Source of the DNA: Podarcis tiliguerta | Lineage: Eukaryota | Strand: one strand, 5' to 3' | NCBI GenBank assembly: GCA_965153285.1 | Contig: OZ229110.1 | Length of the DNA stretch: 64,000 nucleotides | Shown here: one piece after another, positions 38,149 to 49,966 of the stretch | Numbering within the stretch: the stretch's first letter is position 1 | Layout: each line of letters starts with the position of its first letter | Notes under the pieces: model-generated | Databases searched by the model: none | What the model was told of the DNA's origin: nothing | What the model saw: only the letters and a program-made list of their open reading frames with translations | Made by a program: the position numbers and the translations under genes

Positions 38149-40369
38149 TATGTGCTAAGTCAACACTACAGCTATTGAGGGTTGAGTAGAGACTCTGGAT
38201 GTCTGCCTCATAGTCCTGCTCTGACAGCACTGCTACTCAGATATTCTTCTGGACAGACACCCTAGGATAAGACGTGCATGTATGTTTTTGACTGTAAAAA
38301 TGGCTACATGGGATATTTCTTACGTTCAATAACCTCTCATTTTCTTTGGCAATTTTAAATGATACACACACATGAGAAAAGATGCTAAAGTTACAAAAGG
38401 AGCTTCAGCATCTTTTTCAGGTGTATTTTCAAGGCAACTCCCTTCCCTTTTTTGTATCTTTGATCTTTTGCAAAGAGCTGTGATCAGGCGGGTTCCTGTC
38501 CTCAGGTCAACAACAACAAATTAAATCCTGAGAAGGGTGTGCCTGGGAGGGGGGGAATGTCCCATTAAAGTAATACGTATTTCCGTTGATCCAAAGATGT
38601 ACTTTACACACAATTTAAGCTACATATTGTTGTAGCAATAGGATCTCACAAAGACAATATTAGTGTAGTGCTACAGTAATATGCACTGAATAGCACCAAA
38701 TATCTACTACACACTTAACACTATCTCCATTTCAACACACGAGAAAGGGTGCTGCGCAGCTGAAGCTGCCTGCCCTACCTGTTTATTCTGCATATCCCAC
38801 TTCCAAAAGAGGCAAGCCTTCCCATAAGAGCATCTAGTCTCGGGCTGTGGGCACTGCTGTAAAAAACAACAACAAATGCGCCAGGTGCATAATCACTCCA
38901 ACTGACTTATTGGGAGCACAAACAAAAATAGTGCTTCTAACATCACAGATGGCACCCAAACCAGACTAGAACATTAGGTGTGCATTGCAGAACCGTTTAG
39001 TTTTTCTGGATCATAGTGTGTGGAAAAACAAGCTGCTGTGGACATACACTCGAAGCATTCTGTTGTCACTTTCAAGGCTATCATCTGCTGTACAATGCGT
39101 CAGAGCAAAAACCCAGTTGTTCATACTGGGGCATATTTGAAAAGCAAATAAATAATTTGAGGTAATTTGGCAGCTTGACTTTTTTTCCCCACCTCCCTGC
39201 AAAGGAATGGATCCAAATCAGTGTCTATGAGTGCATACTTTCTAATGTCTGAACCCATGGCATACTGCTTCAGTATATCTAGATATCTTGCTGCTGCTGG
39301 GATTTACTCATGGTTCCTTAGTCCTCAATTGTATCTGATATTTTTGTCACACAAATGGCCTCACTACAAAATGATAGCGCCGTTTCTAGAAGACTAACAT
39401 TGTTAAATCTCTTGAGGACAAAACAAGCAGAATTATGGTATCCTAAAGACTAACCAATGTCTCCTCAAATGAGTCTCTTGGCAACAGCATATTGTTTTCC
39501 GTTGCAAGTGATAAGGCAGGCTGCTTATACCAAAAAACTCATACTGCAGTAATTGTGTGTTAGTCCTTAAGATGTCACAGAGCTCTTTGCTGCAATTGCA
39601 AAACAAACACACTAACATTTGAACATGGTCTAATGTGAGCTGGTGGGACATCGCCATGGAAACATGGGAAATTGAAAAGGTAATTGAACCGACTCTTGTG
39701 CAAAGTGCCCAGGGAATGGCTCCTATCAGTACTGTGCCTCAAATGTGGGAAGGTACTGACAGCTCAAAGATTATCTCAAGGATTAGCTTTGGCAATGTGG
39801 ATAATGAATCTCTTGGGTTATGGATGTTAAGCATTGCCTGATTCGTTTTCTGATTCAAGATACAATCAGTCTTTCATTAAAACAGAAAACACCAATTTCA
39901 CTACTAAGGGCATTGGTCCCATGAAAGAGATGACTGCTGTAAGCAGCAACCTGCAACATCACTGTATGGACATCACTGAGAGAGTCTAGCCTGAGTCTGC
40001 TCTGTGCTGGGGAGTTTTGATATGGGAGAGCGTTCAGTCATGCAACCTTATCACCTGTGCTCTGAATAGGTCATATTCTAAAAGGGTTGTGTCATTCTTA
40101 TTCTCATTGTGCAAAATGGCTCTAAACCTGTGCATGAAGTGCATATGATTCCATTGACTCAACGCAGACAAATGAAATTCAACCAGTAGCTCAGGTTAAT
40201 GCTTAGGAAGAAAATATGAGCTAGATTCAATATACCACTACTGAAGTTTTAAAAGTATACTTGCGATCCATTTTGTTCACTGCATCACAGCCTTTCCCAA
40301 AATTGGGTTCCCAAATTGTCTGACTACATTACCATCAGCCTCGGCCAACATGGCCTGATGATGATGGAT

Positions 40370-40765
40370 TTAAATTTCTATACCACCCTTCATCCGAAGG
40401 TCGTGGGGTGATTCACAACATAAAAATACAAAATGAGAACACAAAATACGTAATAAAAAACAAACAAACCAATAACTTCCCTCTCACATGTAACACATTG
40501 CAGTAATCCAACCAAGAGATTACCAGAGCATAGATGACAAGTTAGGATATCCCTTGCCTGCATAGGAGCACAGCTGGGCTACTGCCACCGAGGCCATGTG
40601 AGCCTCAGGTGACAGCAAAAGATCTAAGAGTATGTCCAAGCTATGTACTCGCTCCTTCAAAGTGTAACCCCCCCCCCAAAAAAGCAGGCCACCTAGAGAA
40701 CTGCCCACTAACAGTGCCTCAATCTTACCTGGATTGAGCTTCAGTTTGTTGGCTGCCGTCATCTA
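40370..40765 (-). mobile_element. Internally deleted L2-type LINE remnant
   Basis: ANKLKLNPGKIEALLVG...VHSLDILLD...SPEAHMASVA plus a LDYCN-like segment joined to an L2-like 3' end. Confidence 0.75.
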
Positions 40766-42102
40766 CAATGAGATCATGGATGAGGGACATCATGCATCCA
40801 CCTGGCATTCAGCAACAGCAGCTGCAGACTTGAGGACTGGCTGATAGGACAACCACAATTCCCCGGGTTGGAGTAGGCACTGGTACATGGCACAGTCACT
40901 ATTTATATGAAAACCAAAAAAAGTTAAAAGCACACAAGTTAGAAAGCAGTTTAAACAACGTAAAACATTTTCACACAATTCGGACAAGGTCATCCCCAGA
41001 GAAAATGATGTCCTGGGGGTGGCCCCTGTCCTTGCCTCTCTCGAAGCTGCTCCTTCCAAAGGGGCAACCCCCACCCCCGGTCAGCCTGATGTAGCCTCCA
41101 CTCCCCTGGTAGATTGACTCTCAATCTGTCAGTCGGTGGGGTGGGGCAGGCTTCACTCTGCCAGCCACAGGTGCAAAAAGACCAACTTCCTCAAGAGGAA
41201 GAGGCATTCCAGCAGCTGTGGAGGTCCAGGTGAATAGCCTACCTTCACTGATGGTCTCCAGCTGCTGCTCCCACCTCTAAGAGCAAAGCATCAGTTCTCC
41301 AGTGGTCAGGGATGATGGGGATTGTAGTACACCACTACCTGGGGGGCTCACAGTTAGGAAAGGCTGGTCTCCCAGACAACCCTAGAATGGGTAGGAACAG
41401 AAACAGGACACTGCCTTACCAGGTCTGTCCATTTCTCCCATCTAATCCAGTATTGCCTGTTCGCACCAGTAGGAGCTCACCAGGATCTCAGGCTGATATA
41501 TTTCACATCACTTGCTGCCTGGTTCTCTTTTAATTTGTCAGGGCTGGAGCTGGGATCTTCTGTATGCAAATAAAAGTGCACTATCACTGACCTATGATCC
41601 CGCTCCAATATTAGTAGCGGTTCTCCACCCCAATATTTTTCTCTCTATTACAGCCTCATAAATGATACAAAGGGCTTGGGGGGAGGAAGCAAAGGATGCT
41701 GAAGAAAATATATATTATCAGATGAGCAGTGATCCAATCCTACGCATGTTTACTTAGCAGTTGGTCCCTCCACACCCGTTGCATGATTAGGATTGCACCA
41801 GTAGCCCAATTCATTCCCACCTCCCTCACATACCGCCACACAGAGGCTCTTACCTTGCCCCTCATTCTTTTTACCTTCTCCCATCTTATTAAAAAGCTGT
41901 ACCAGGCCAAGGCCCATCTAGTCCAGTATCCTGTTCTCACAGTGGCCAAGCCTGATTATGAGTTAGCAACATCTGTGGATATCATTTGCACCGTTTAGTT
42001 AAGGCAAGAATTGCCTTTCCTTGGCGCTGTTAGTCATCGTGACATCCCTGCAGCTGGTGTTGTCATAACTTGCTTTCTGAGCCACCCACTTGTCACTTTG
42101 AA

Positions 42103-42121
42103 GAGCTCCCTCTGGTGACCA
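42103..42121 (-). promoter_or_regulatory. Candidate CTCF motif
   Basis: Minus strand TGGTCACCAGAGGGAGCTC compared by eye with consensus TGGCCACCAGGGGGCGCTA. Confidence 0.3.
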
Positions 42122-42519
42122 CCACCCACCCACACCCGATTCTGAGCTGCCATGGCGTGGTATTTCAGGGTCCAGCCCACTCAGTCACTCCATGAATGTA
42201 ACATGACATTTCCTCCGTTTCATTCGCTCTCTTTGAACAGATGGCCATGAATAATAAGGGATGTTTTCTGAGAGCTGTTGTCAGTTGTGGATGGGGGCTC
42301 CCTCGCCTTTGTATGGAAAAAATAAGAATGGATTTGTTGAGTCAGCTGTTCTTATTTCAATGGTCTCCAAAAGAACAAAACAAAACTCAATGCATCCTTC
42401 AGTTGCCAGGGTGCAATTAGCCTCGAGATAGGGGAGAAAATTGGTTCCACTTACATGCTAATGTGAGACTACCTAATCTCCCCACCTCACCCCACCAAAA
42501 TACAAAACATGAATCAACA

Positions 42520-42672
42520 TTTTATTTATTATTCATTTATATCCCACTTTTCCTTCAAGGAGCTCAAGGTCACGCACACTGTTCTTCCCCTTCCTCATCT
42601 TATCCAACAGGTAGGTTAGGCTGAGAGACTGCGACTGGCCCAAGGTCACCCAGTGAGCTTCATGACTGAGGG
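42520..42672 (-). mobile_element. MIR/Squam3-like SINE fragment; another decayed copy at about 28892-29020 (+)
   Basis: Minus strand catgaagctcactgggtgaccttgggccagtcgcagtctctcagcctaacctacct... with an AAAT-rich tail. Confidence 0.72.
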
Positions 42673-45600
42673 GATACAGCAATCCTTCAAAATGTGCACT
42701 TCTCTGAATCTTGCAGTGGAAGCCTCCAACCAAAAACTATATATTAGGGGAAAGTTTGCATTCAATATATAGATGAGTGAAAATAAGATACAAAAGTGCA
42801 TTATATGCGGTAATGTTGCTTGCAAAACGTGTATTAGGAGAATGCAGACAGATTCTCATGGCGATTATTATTATTATTATTATTGCATTGCAAACTGATT
42901 CAGAAATGTGGCAAACTGAATTTGAGGTTAGAAAAACAAGAAACATTTAGTCTCACATTCAGACAGGAGTTCTCCGATGGCATGGAATCTGGAAAAAAAC
43001 ATGGTCTTACCAATGTCAGTTTTGCACTGTAGTCCGCAGAATGGTTCCTCCAAAGCAATCACCGAGAGAGTGATCTGCCCCAGTAAGTGACCCAAGGGTT
43101 GCCATCTTCATTATCACCAGGGCAGACAGTATAATAGGTCATAAAAACTGCGCTTATGCCACAACTTGCATGTTAAACGAGATGAATTTGTGCCCGTCTT
43201 TTTCACTGTAAACATTTTGAACACAAATTGGTTCTTCAAAACATGAGAAGAATCTGTTGGCCATGTCTTATTGTGATTAAACATAAGAAGCTGCACTTTA
43301 ATGGACTGTGTATCTTAAGGCAGATTTGGATTATTATTTACAAGAGGAGCCACAGAACATAACAGTTTGCCACGGTCAACAGCATGGAGCCCACAGGAAT
43401 CAGTGTGCGCAAGAGAGTAACCCCCATCGTGAAAGTCCTTAGCAATTCGCAATGTGTGAGAGACTGTTTGCACTGGCTCAGCCTCTCCTACACTGAACAG
43501 GCCCCTTCAACCTGCCCACATTTTATTGGAAGCCATTGATTGGACATCCTCCTTCCCTGACATTCTGAACAGAGGAGAGGTACAAAGAGCTTATCTGTAT
43601 GATACCATGACAATGGTTGATGTAGTTGCCCTTTCCCATTGATGGGAAGACTGATAGAGGGCATGCCCACATTTTTGTGGTCCTCTCTTTTTTTTTAGCT
43701 GTTTTAGATTTGGCAGCCATTTTGTGTTAGGACATACCCCCATAGCAGCCATTTTGTGCCTGGCACCCACAACACTGCCTCAAAATTCCACTCGTGTTCA
43801 CGAGACCAAAAAAAGGTTGCAACCTCTACTTTGCATTTCCCCCTTTTGGGTAAAAATTCTAGAAGAACATACATTTAGGAAGTAGAACTCCAATGACACA
43901 ACTTTTGAAATGGGACAACTTGCCGTTGTTGTACTCTGCCCCGAGGAATACGTTTTGTCAAAATGTGTGAGGCGGCCTTCTTGATCCAGGAAATTCTACT
44001 TTGGGCAGCCATCTGATGTTTGCCTCTCTTTTTGATTCTTAATAAATTCTGTACTAAGGAGACCCAAATTCTCCAACAAGCAAACAGTTTTTATGCCCAG
44101 AAGGAATTATGCAAATTGATTCACTATACGCTAAAGTGCTTATTTTGCATAAATGTTCTGCATGCTTTACAGCTCAGTCCTAAACATATTCACTCAGAAA
44201 TAAGTCCCACTGGTTTCATTTGGACTTCTTTGCTAATAAGAATGTTTAGGATTGCAAATTTTGATACATATTTTTAAAATATACAGATTTATTTTACAAA
44301 GAGTGATGCACTAGGTGATCTGAGGATTGCAACCTTCATCATAATCAGGATTTATAAATATTATTCACCATATTCTGTACCAATACAAATTGTCCTGGCA
44401 GGAGGAGGGGTACATAAAAGTAATAAGCAATGGGAAGGTGTATAGTTAGGGGAAAGGAGCCAGAGAATAAAGGACATGTAACCATGTAGGGTAGAGAGAC
44501 ATCATCTCTTGAATGCTTCCATAGAACTGCATGGTTTCAATAGGAAACTTGGTGAACCAGTCAGACCAGTTCCTTTGTTAAGGTAATGGCCTTGGCCAGC
44601 CTCATCTTAAACAATTAGCTCCATCCTATGTTCTGCTTGTGTATATGTGCAAATAAAAACATATCACCTAAAGACATGTTTTGTCACATCATAAAACTTA
44701 AAATAGGCTACTACTATGTGCATTTGCTTGGGAGTAAGTCTGTTCCATTTAATGGACTTTCCAAGTAAACACGGCTGGCACCAGTCTGTACACCATGAAA
44801 CTAAAAATTGACCTTTTCAGGCCCAGGTTCTACTCATTTGGTCAAATCTTTTACCTAGGTTATGTACAAAGCCGCATGTCAGCAATGATGCAGGCAGGCC
44901 AAGCCCAGTATCTGTCCCCCGAGTGCGAAGGCTGCTCAGCCATTATCAATTACTCATTTGAGGATTGTTGACTTGCAGGAAATTTCCAGGGACGGCATGT
45001 TTCTAGTATTAGCTGCTATGAATGTGTATCTCCCTAAGTGCCAGCAAGTAAGATGTGAACGGGTTATTTTGTTTATTTGTTTGTTTGCTTGCTTGGTGTT
45101 GTTTTGTCTGCTCAAAGATTCTGGGGAGAACGTCAAGCAATTGTGTGGGTGGATTTAGTACATTTACTTGGAAGCAGGCGACGCTTTGGAAGTTGGATGA
45201 TTTATTTAATGGCTGTAGCATTGAAAGCTTGGGATAAATTGAAACAAAGTGAGCACAAATGATCAATTTGTCATTGATTAGTGATAATGTCCAAGCAATA
45301 CTTGGCAAAGAGTACTTAGAGGCTGTCTTTTTCCATTCTGGTTCAGCCTGCTTGCTTCGAATGCACACCTTCATTAAAGATTCAAAAATTATTTTAATAT
45401 TTAAACTTTTTTTCCCCCCATGAAGAAGCCTATATTATTTTGGCTTTATCATTAATATACCCAGAAAGGGGGAAATAGTAAATATTTTTGGAGGGATGAT
45501 GCTTGCAGCTCCTTTTCAATTAAATCATGGAGGTGACTTCATGAAGGTGACTTCTAGCCACATTTTCACCTCATTTTGAGGAACTGACGTGCAAGGTTCA

Positions 45601-46719
45601 GACTACATGTGACATTCAGTGCTTATGCACTGAAGGGTTGTGCAGTCCCTAGTCTGGTTTTATAGAGCTATAAGAAGGAAGAGTGCAGCATGGGCTTCAA
45701 ATTGCAGAGGAACTGTACAGACACATATGTCACTTGGTCACAGTTGTCCTCATTATGGAGAGATGTAGTGACTCTCTATTTAAATTATAGAAATTATTTC
45801 TAAATTTACATATTTCCATATAAATTTACACAGAGGAGTTTCATACATATCTGTGCCTCCTTTTTAGGGATTAGGTATTTCTTCTTTTTTAGCAATGCAT
45901 AAGTGGCCACTCTGCCCAACCACTCCACGCCTGGTATGGCAGGCTAGTAAGCAAAAATCTGTTCTCATTTATCTAAACTAGGAGCTAAACTAGGAGCACC
46001 ACTGAATTGGCTTATATATGCATATTCACATTAATTGGTGACTCACCTCTTTGAATGAGTTATCACAGATCAAGAGATCACCATGGAAATAATTATGATA
46101 TGCCCTTATGCCCATTCAGAGGCAAAACTTTGTGGTTCAGACCACTTGTGCTTATTTGTCTGCAACACCTAGATGTGGCGGCCAGTTCACAGTCTCTACA
46201 TATGGACTGACTCTTAGTTCAAAGTTTAAGCATTTTATATATTAGTTGTGCATGCTAAAGGCAGAAACCCTTTTGCTAAAGCAATAAAGACTATTAGCCA
46301 TGTGGTTACATTGCAACAGAGCATTAACGCTACAGAATTTGGGAGGGATTCATTTTGCAAGGCTACTCTTGTGACTATTATTTAGCTCTGAAATGGTGGC
46401 TTGCTGTTAATGGTTTCCACAGCAGCAGCTGCTAAACAGCTCCTGTAGTTTGTATGAACATGGAGTTCAGCAAGGCTGATAGTACAGCTTGCTGACTGAT
46501 GCTTTCCCTGTGTGGTTTCAAGAAGGTGGTTAGGATGCAAAGTCACAACTGATGGGAAAGCTACGGAGTTATTATTGACTCAGTAGTGGGTTTCCCCCAA
46601 AACTGGTTCAAATATCACTTTTCCTGGCACTCGCACAACTGCCCTATTCCCATGAGCAGAGGAATGCACTTGTGAAACACCACAGATCAGCTTTTATGAG
46701 CACTGCAAATGCTCCTGAA

Positions 46720-47010
46720 CCAGGCAAGTAGTCCATTTAATCCAGCATTCTGTTCTCACAGTGGCCACCCAGATGCCTGTGTGAAACCCTTCAGCAGGAA
46801 CAGAGCACACAAGCACTTTCCCCTCCTGTGGTTTCCAGCAATTGGTTTTCATGAGCAATTAGCCTCGAGCTGTGGCTAATAGCCATTGATAGCCCTATTC
46901 TCCATGAATCCATCCAATCCTTTTTTAAACCCATCCAAGTTGGTGACCATCCCTGCCTCCTGGGGGAACAAGTTCCATAGTTTAACTTTGCATTGCACGG
47001 AAAAGTACTT
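46720..47010 (-). mobile_element. CR1/L3 LINE 3' fragment
   Basis: Minus strand has decayed 'FS..KVKLWNL.P..A' coding followed by tttaaaaaaggattggat..attcatggag..tagggctatcaatggctattagcca, the CR1 3' pattern. Confidence 0.72.
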
Positions 47011-47784
47011 TCTTCACTAGTCCCTCCTTCACTGCTTATAGTGCTCACACACTGGATATAACACTACTCACAAAAGCATGTAAATTCACTAGAGAGATGG
47101 AAGATGTAATATAGCATGTCGGGTATTTAAAGGCTATTTAAGGCTGTTTCTTTGTTGGTGTGATGTTGCTGGCAGAGGCTAGAGGCTGTACTAGCCTGTT
47201 ACCAGTGCAAATAGAGGGAAAACTGCAGCCATTTTAGGTGGCCGTTGGTACTGGACAGCCCAATGGTTGTATGTATCTTGTGGAGCACCTAAAGGTTAAA
47301 CCTTTTGTTTATACTGCCCATATCTACTTTCTGTCCTTGTAAAGTGCTTTGAATTTAAAAAGTTGCTGCATAAATCACTGCTCAGCTTAATTTGTAGTCA
47401 AATTAAGGTTTAACATTATTTGTACCTGTTAATTCTCTTTCTATCTGAATGGCTATGGCTATCTGTTGAGCTAGAGTGCTATAATTGCATTGATCATGGT
47501 GAATTGTGGGACAGAAGTACAACACTTTTCTTGCTAGACCTAAATCTTGATAGCACTCTCCAAATCAATCACAGTGTTACAGGGTGAAACTATTCTGACC
47601 AGTCTCTACTACTAAGAAGCATACCATCACATCAATTGATATATTTCCAGTTATTCATAGACTGGTAGACTTCTCTCCCTTATTCCATCACTATTGCCTT
47701 ATCTTTCCATGCCAGCATGAGGATTCCTAGTCCAGCCAGGGACTGAAAAATTCTTATGGGCAATTGCCAGGCTGCCATCCACAT

Positions 47785-48038
47785 CATGGGTAGGTAAACT
47801 AAGGCCTGGGGGCTGGATCCGGCCCAATCGCTTTCTAAATCCGGCCCACGGACGGTCTGGGAATCAGCGTGTTTTTACATGAGTAGAATGTGTGCTTTTA
47901 TTTAAAATGCATCTCTGGGTTATTTGTGGGGCATAGGAATTCGTTCATTTTTTCTCTCTTCAAAATATAGTCCACCCCCCCCACAAGGTCTGAGGGACAG
48001 CGGACAGGACCCCTGCTGAAAAAGTCTGCAGACCCCTG
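47785..48038. mobile_element. hAT-Charlie MITE, OposCharlie1(OC1)-like
   Basis: Ends CATGGGTAGGTAAACT / AGTCTGCAGACCCCTG, TSD atccacat / atccacag, repeated ccggccc subterminal motifs. The 3' part (ataggaattcgttcat...tatagtcc...ggtctgagggacag) resembles the recalled OC1 end. Confidence 0.82.
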
Positions 48039-48796
48039 ATCCACAGAGTTTCTCCACTAGCTCTAATGCCAGCTATTCATTCACTAGCAACTTCAAAGTG
48101 GTGAAAAGATGGGATTAGAGGCCAGACTGAATGTAGGAAAAAAGAGCAATTTAGCTTAACATTTTCCAGAGTCGTATCTTGTCACCATGTGTGCTCGAAA
48201 ACTCGCCTGTTTTGACAAGCACTTCCCAGATCTGCTGACTGTTTTAACTCTTTAACAGTTATGCGGTATTGCAGGCCTTATTTATTGTACATTTTAATTA
48301 TAGGCGTTTATTTTAATATTTTGATGTTTTGATGAACTTGTCTTATTGTGCATTTTAACTAAGTGTGGCCATATTTTCCTTAGTTTGTGTTCAATGGGGC
48401 TTACTCCTAAGTAAGTGGCAGCTGGCTTAGTAAATGGATTAGGGAGCTGTCCACTGCGTGACTACTGAGTGTGCCCTGCAAACATCACATTCTTGATGTG
48501 GGACAGGGAAAATAGTCTTGACCTATATATCTTCTGTGCTTTGACCACAAGCACTCTGGAGCATGAGAAAATCACCTTTAATGAACTTACCTCTTTCTTT
48601 ACCTAGCAGCACTCAGTTATTTTTCAGCTGATCTGAAGTGTAACTCTGGTTTTTAATGCAACTCCAGCTCTTCTTTTTCTAGCCAAAGCACTGATTCTAT
48701 TCCATGGACTCCAAACAGCTCACTTGAGCAATGTGGCTTTGCCCTGGAGCTGACATAGCCTGATGAAACAGATTTATCAGTGGGGCACAAATTATG

Positions 48797-49966
48797 ATCT
48801 TCTTTTGCAATCACTCGTAGCCAAGTAAGATTGTCTTCCATGAACACGGTATTAACAGTGAGTCTGTAAGTGACTGTGGAGGCGAATTCTGGATCCACAT
48901 GTGCTTCCATAGTGGGGACATAGATTTCTGGGCGGGAGTTGATCATGGTGAGGATTTGCCAAGGGTGCCTTCCTCTTAGCACATTTGTCCTGAGTTTGAG
49001 CGTCTCCTAAGTCCATGACACCTTAGGTAAAGGCTGTTCTCCAACTGGAGCATTCACAGGCCTGTGTTTCCCAATTGTCGGTGTTTATACTACATTTTTT
49101 TAGATTGGCCTTGAGAGCATCTTTAAATCTCTTTAGTTGACCACCAGCATTACACTTTCCATTTTTAAGTTCAGAATAGAGTAGTTGCTTTGGAAGACAA
49201 TAATCAGGCATCTGAAGAACATGACCAGTCCAATTAAGTTGATGTTGAAGAATCATTTCTTTGACATGGGTGATCTTTGCTTCTCCCAGTACTCTGACAT
49301 TAGTTTGCCTGTCTTCCCAAGTGACATGTAAAAATTTTTGGAGACTCCACTGATGGAATCTTTCAAGGAGTTGGAGATGTAGTGTTTATAAGTGGTCCAT
49401 GTTTCACAAGCCTACAGTAAAGTTGGTAGTACAATAGCTTTGTAAACAAGCATTTGGTTGGCCTGCAAATGTGCCAGTTCTCAAACACTCTGCTTTAATT
49501 GGGAGAAAGCTGCACTCCCAGGGCTCAGGTGATGCTGGATTTCGGCATCAATTGTGGAAAGATAACTGCCTAGGTAGGAGAAGGGATTGACACTTTCCAA
49601 CATTACACCATTGAGTTTGATTTGTGGCCCTGCAGAGGGGTTACTTTGTGCTTGTTGGCACAACACTTTGGTTTTTTGGTTGTTGAGTGACAGACCAAGC
49701 TTTTTGTAAGTTTATGTGAAGATATTTAGGATGGTTTCGAGGTCATCCTCTGAGTGTGCACACACAACGCTGTCATCAGTATACTGAAGCTCTATGGCAG
49801 AAGTTTGGGTAACCTTACTCTTTGCTTTCCGCCTATTCAGATTAAAGAGCTTTCCATCTGTTTGATATATGATTTCTAGGATCACAGCAATGAAACAATA
49901 AATAGTGTTGGGGCAGTAACACAACCCTGTTTAATACCTGATTCCACTGTAAATGGTTCACTTTGA
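48797..49966 (-). mobile_element. 5'-truncated, degenerate RTE-clade LINE (RT C-terminal part, terminal zinc-finger-like motif, 3' UTR)
   Basis: Frameshifted segments read SEPFTVESGIKQGCV, IELQYTDD (YADD box), FSYLGS, QLNWTGHVLQMPDYCLPKQLLYSEL..GGQLKRFKDALK and CPHYGSTCGSRIRLHSHLQTHC*. Confidence 0.9.
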
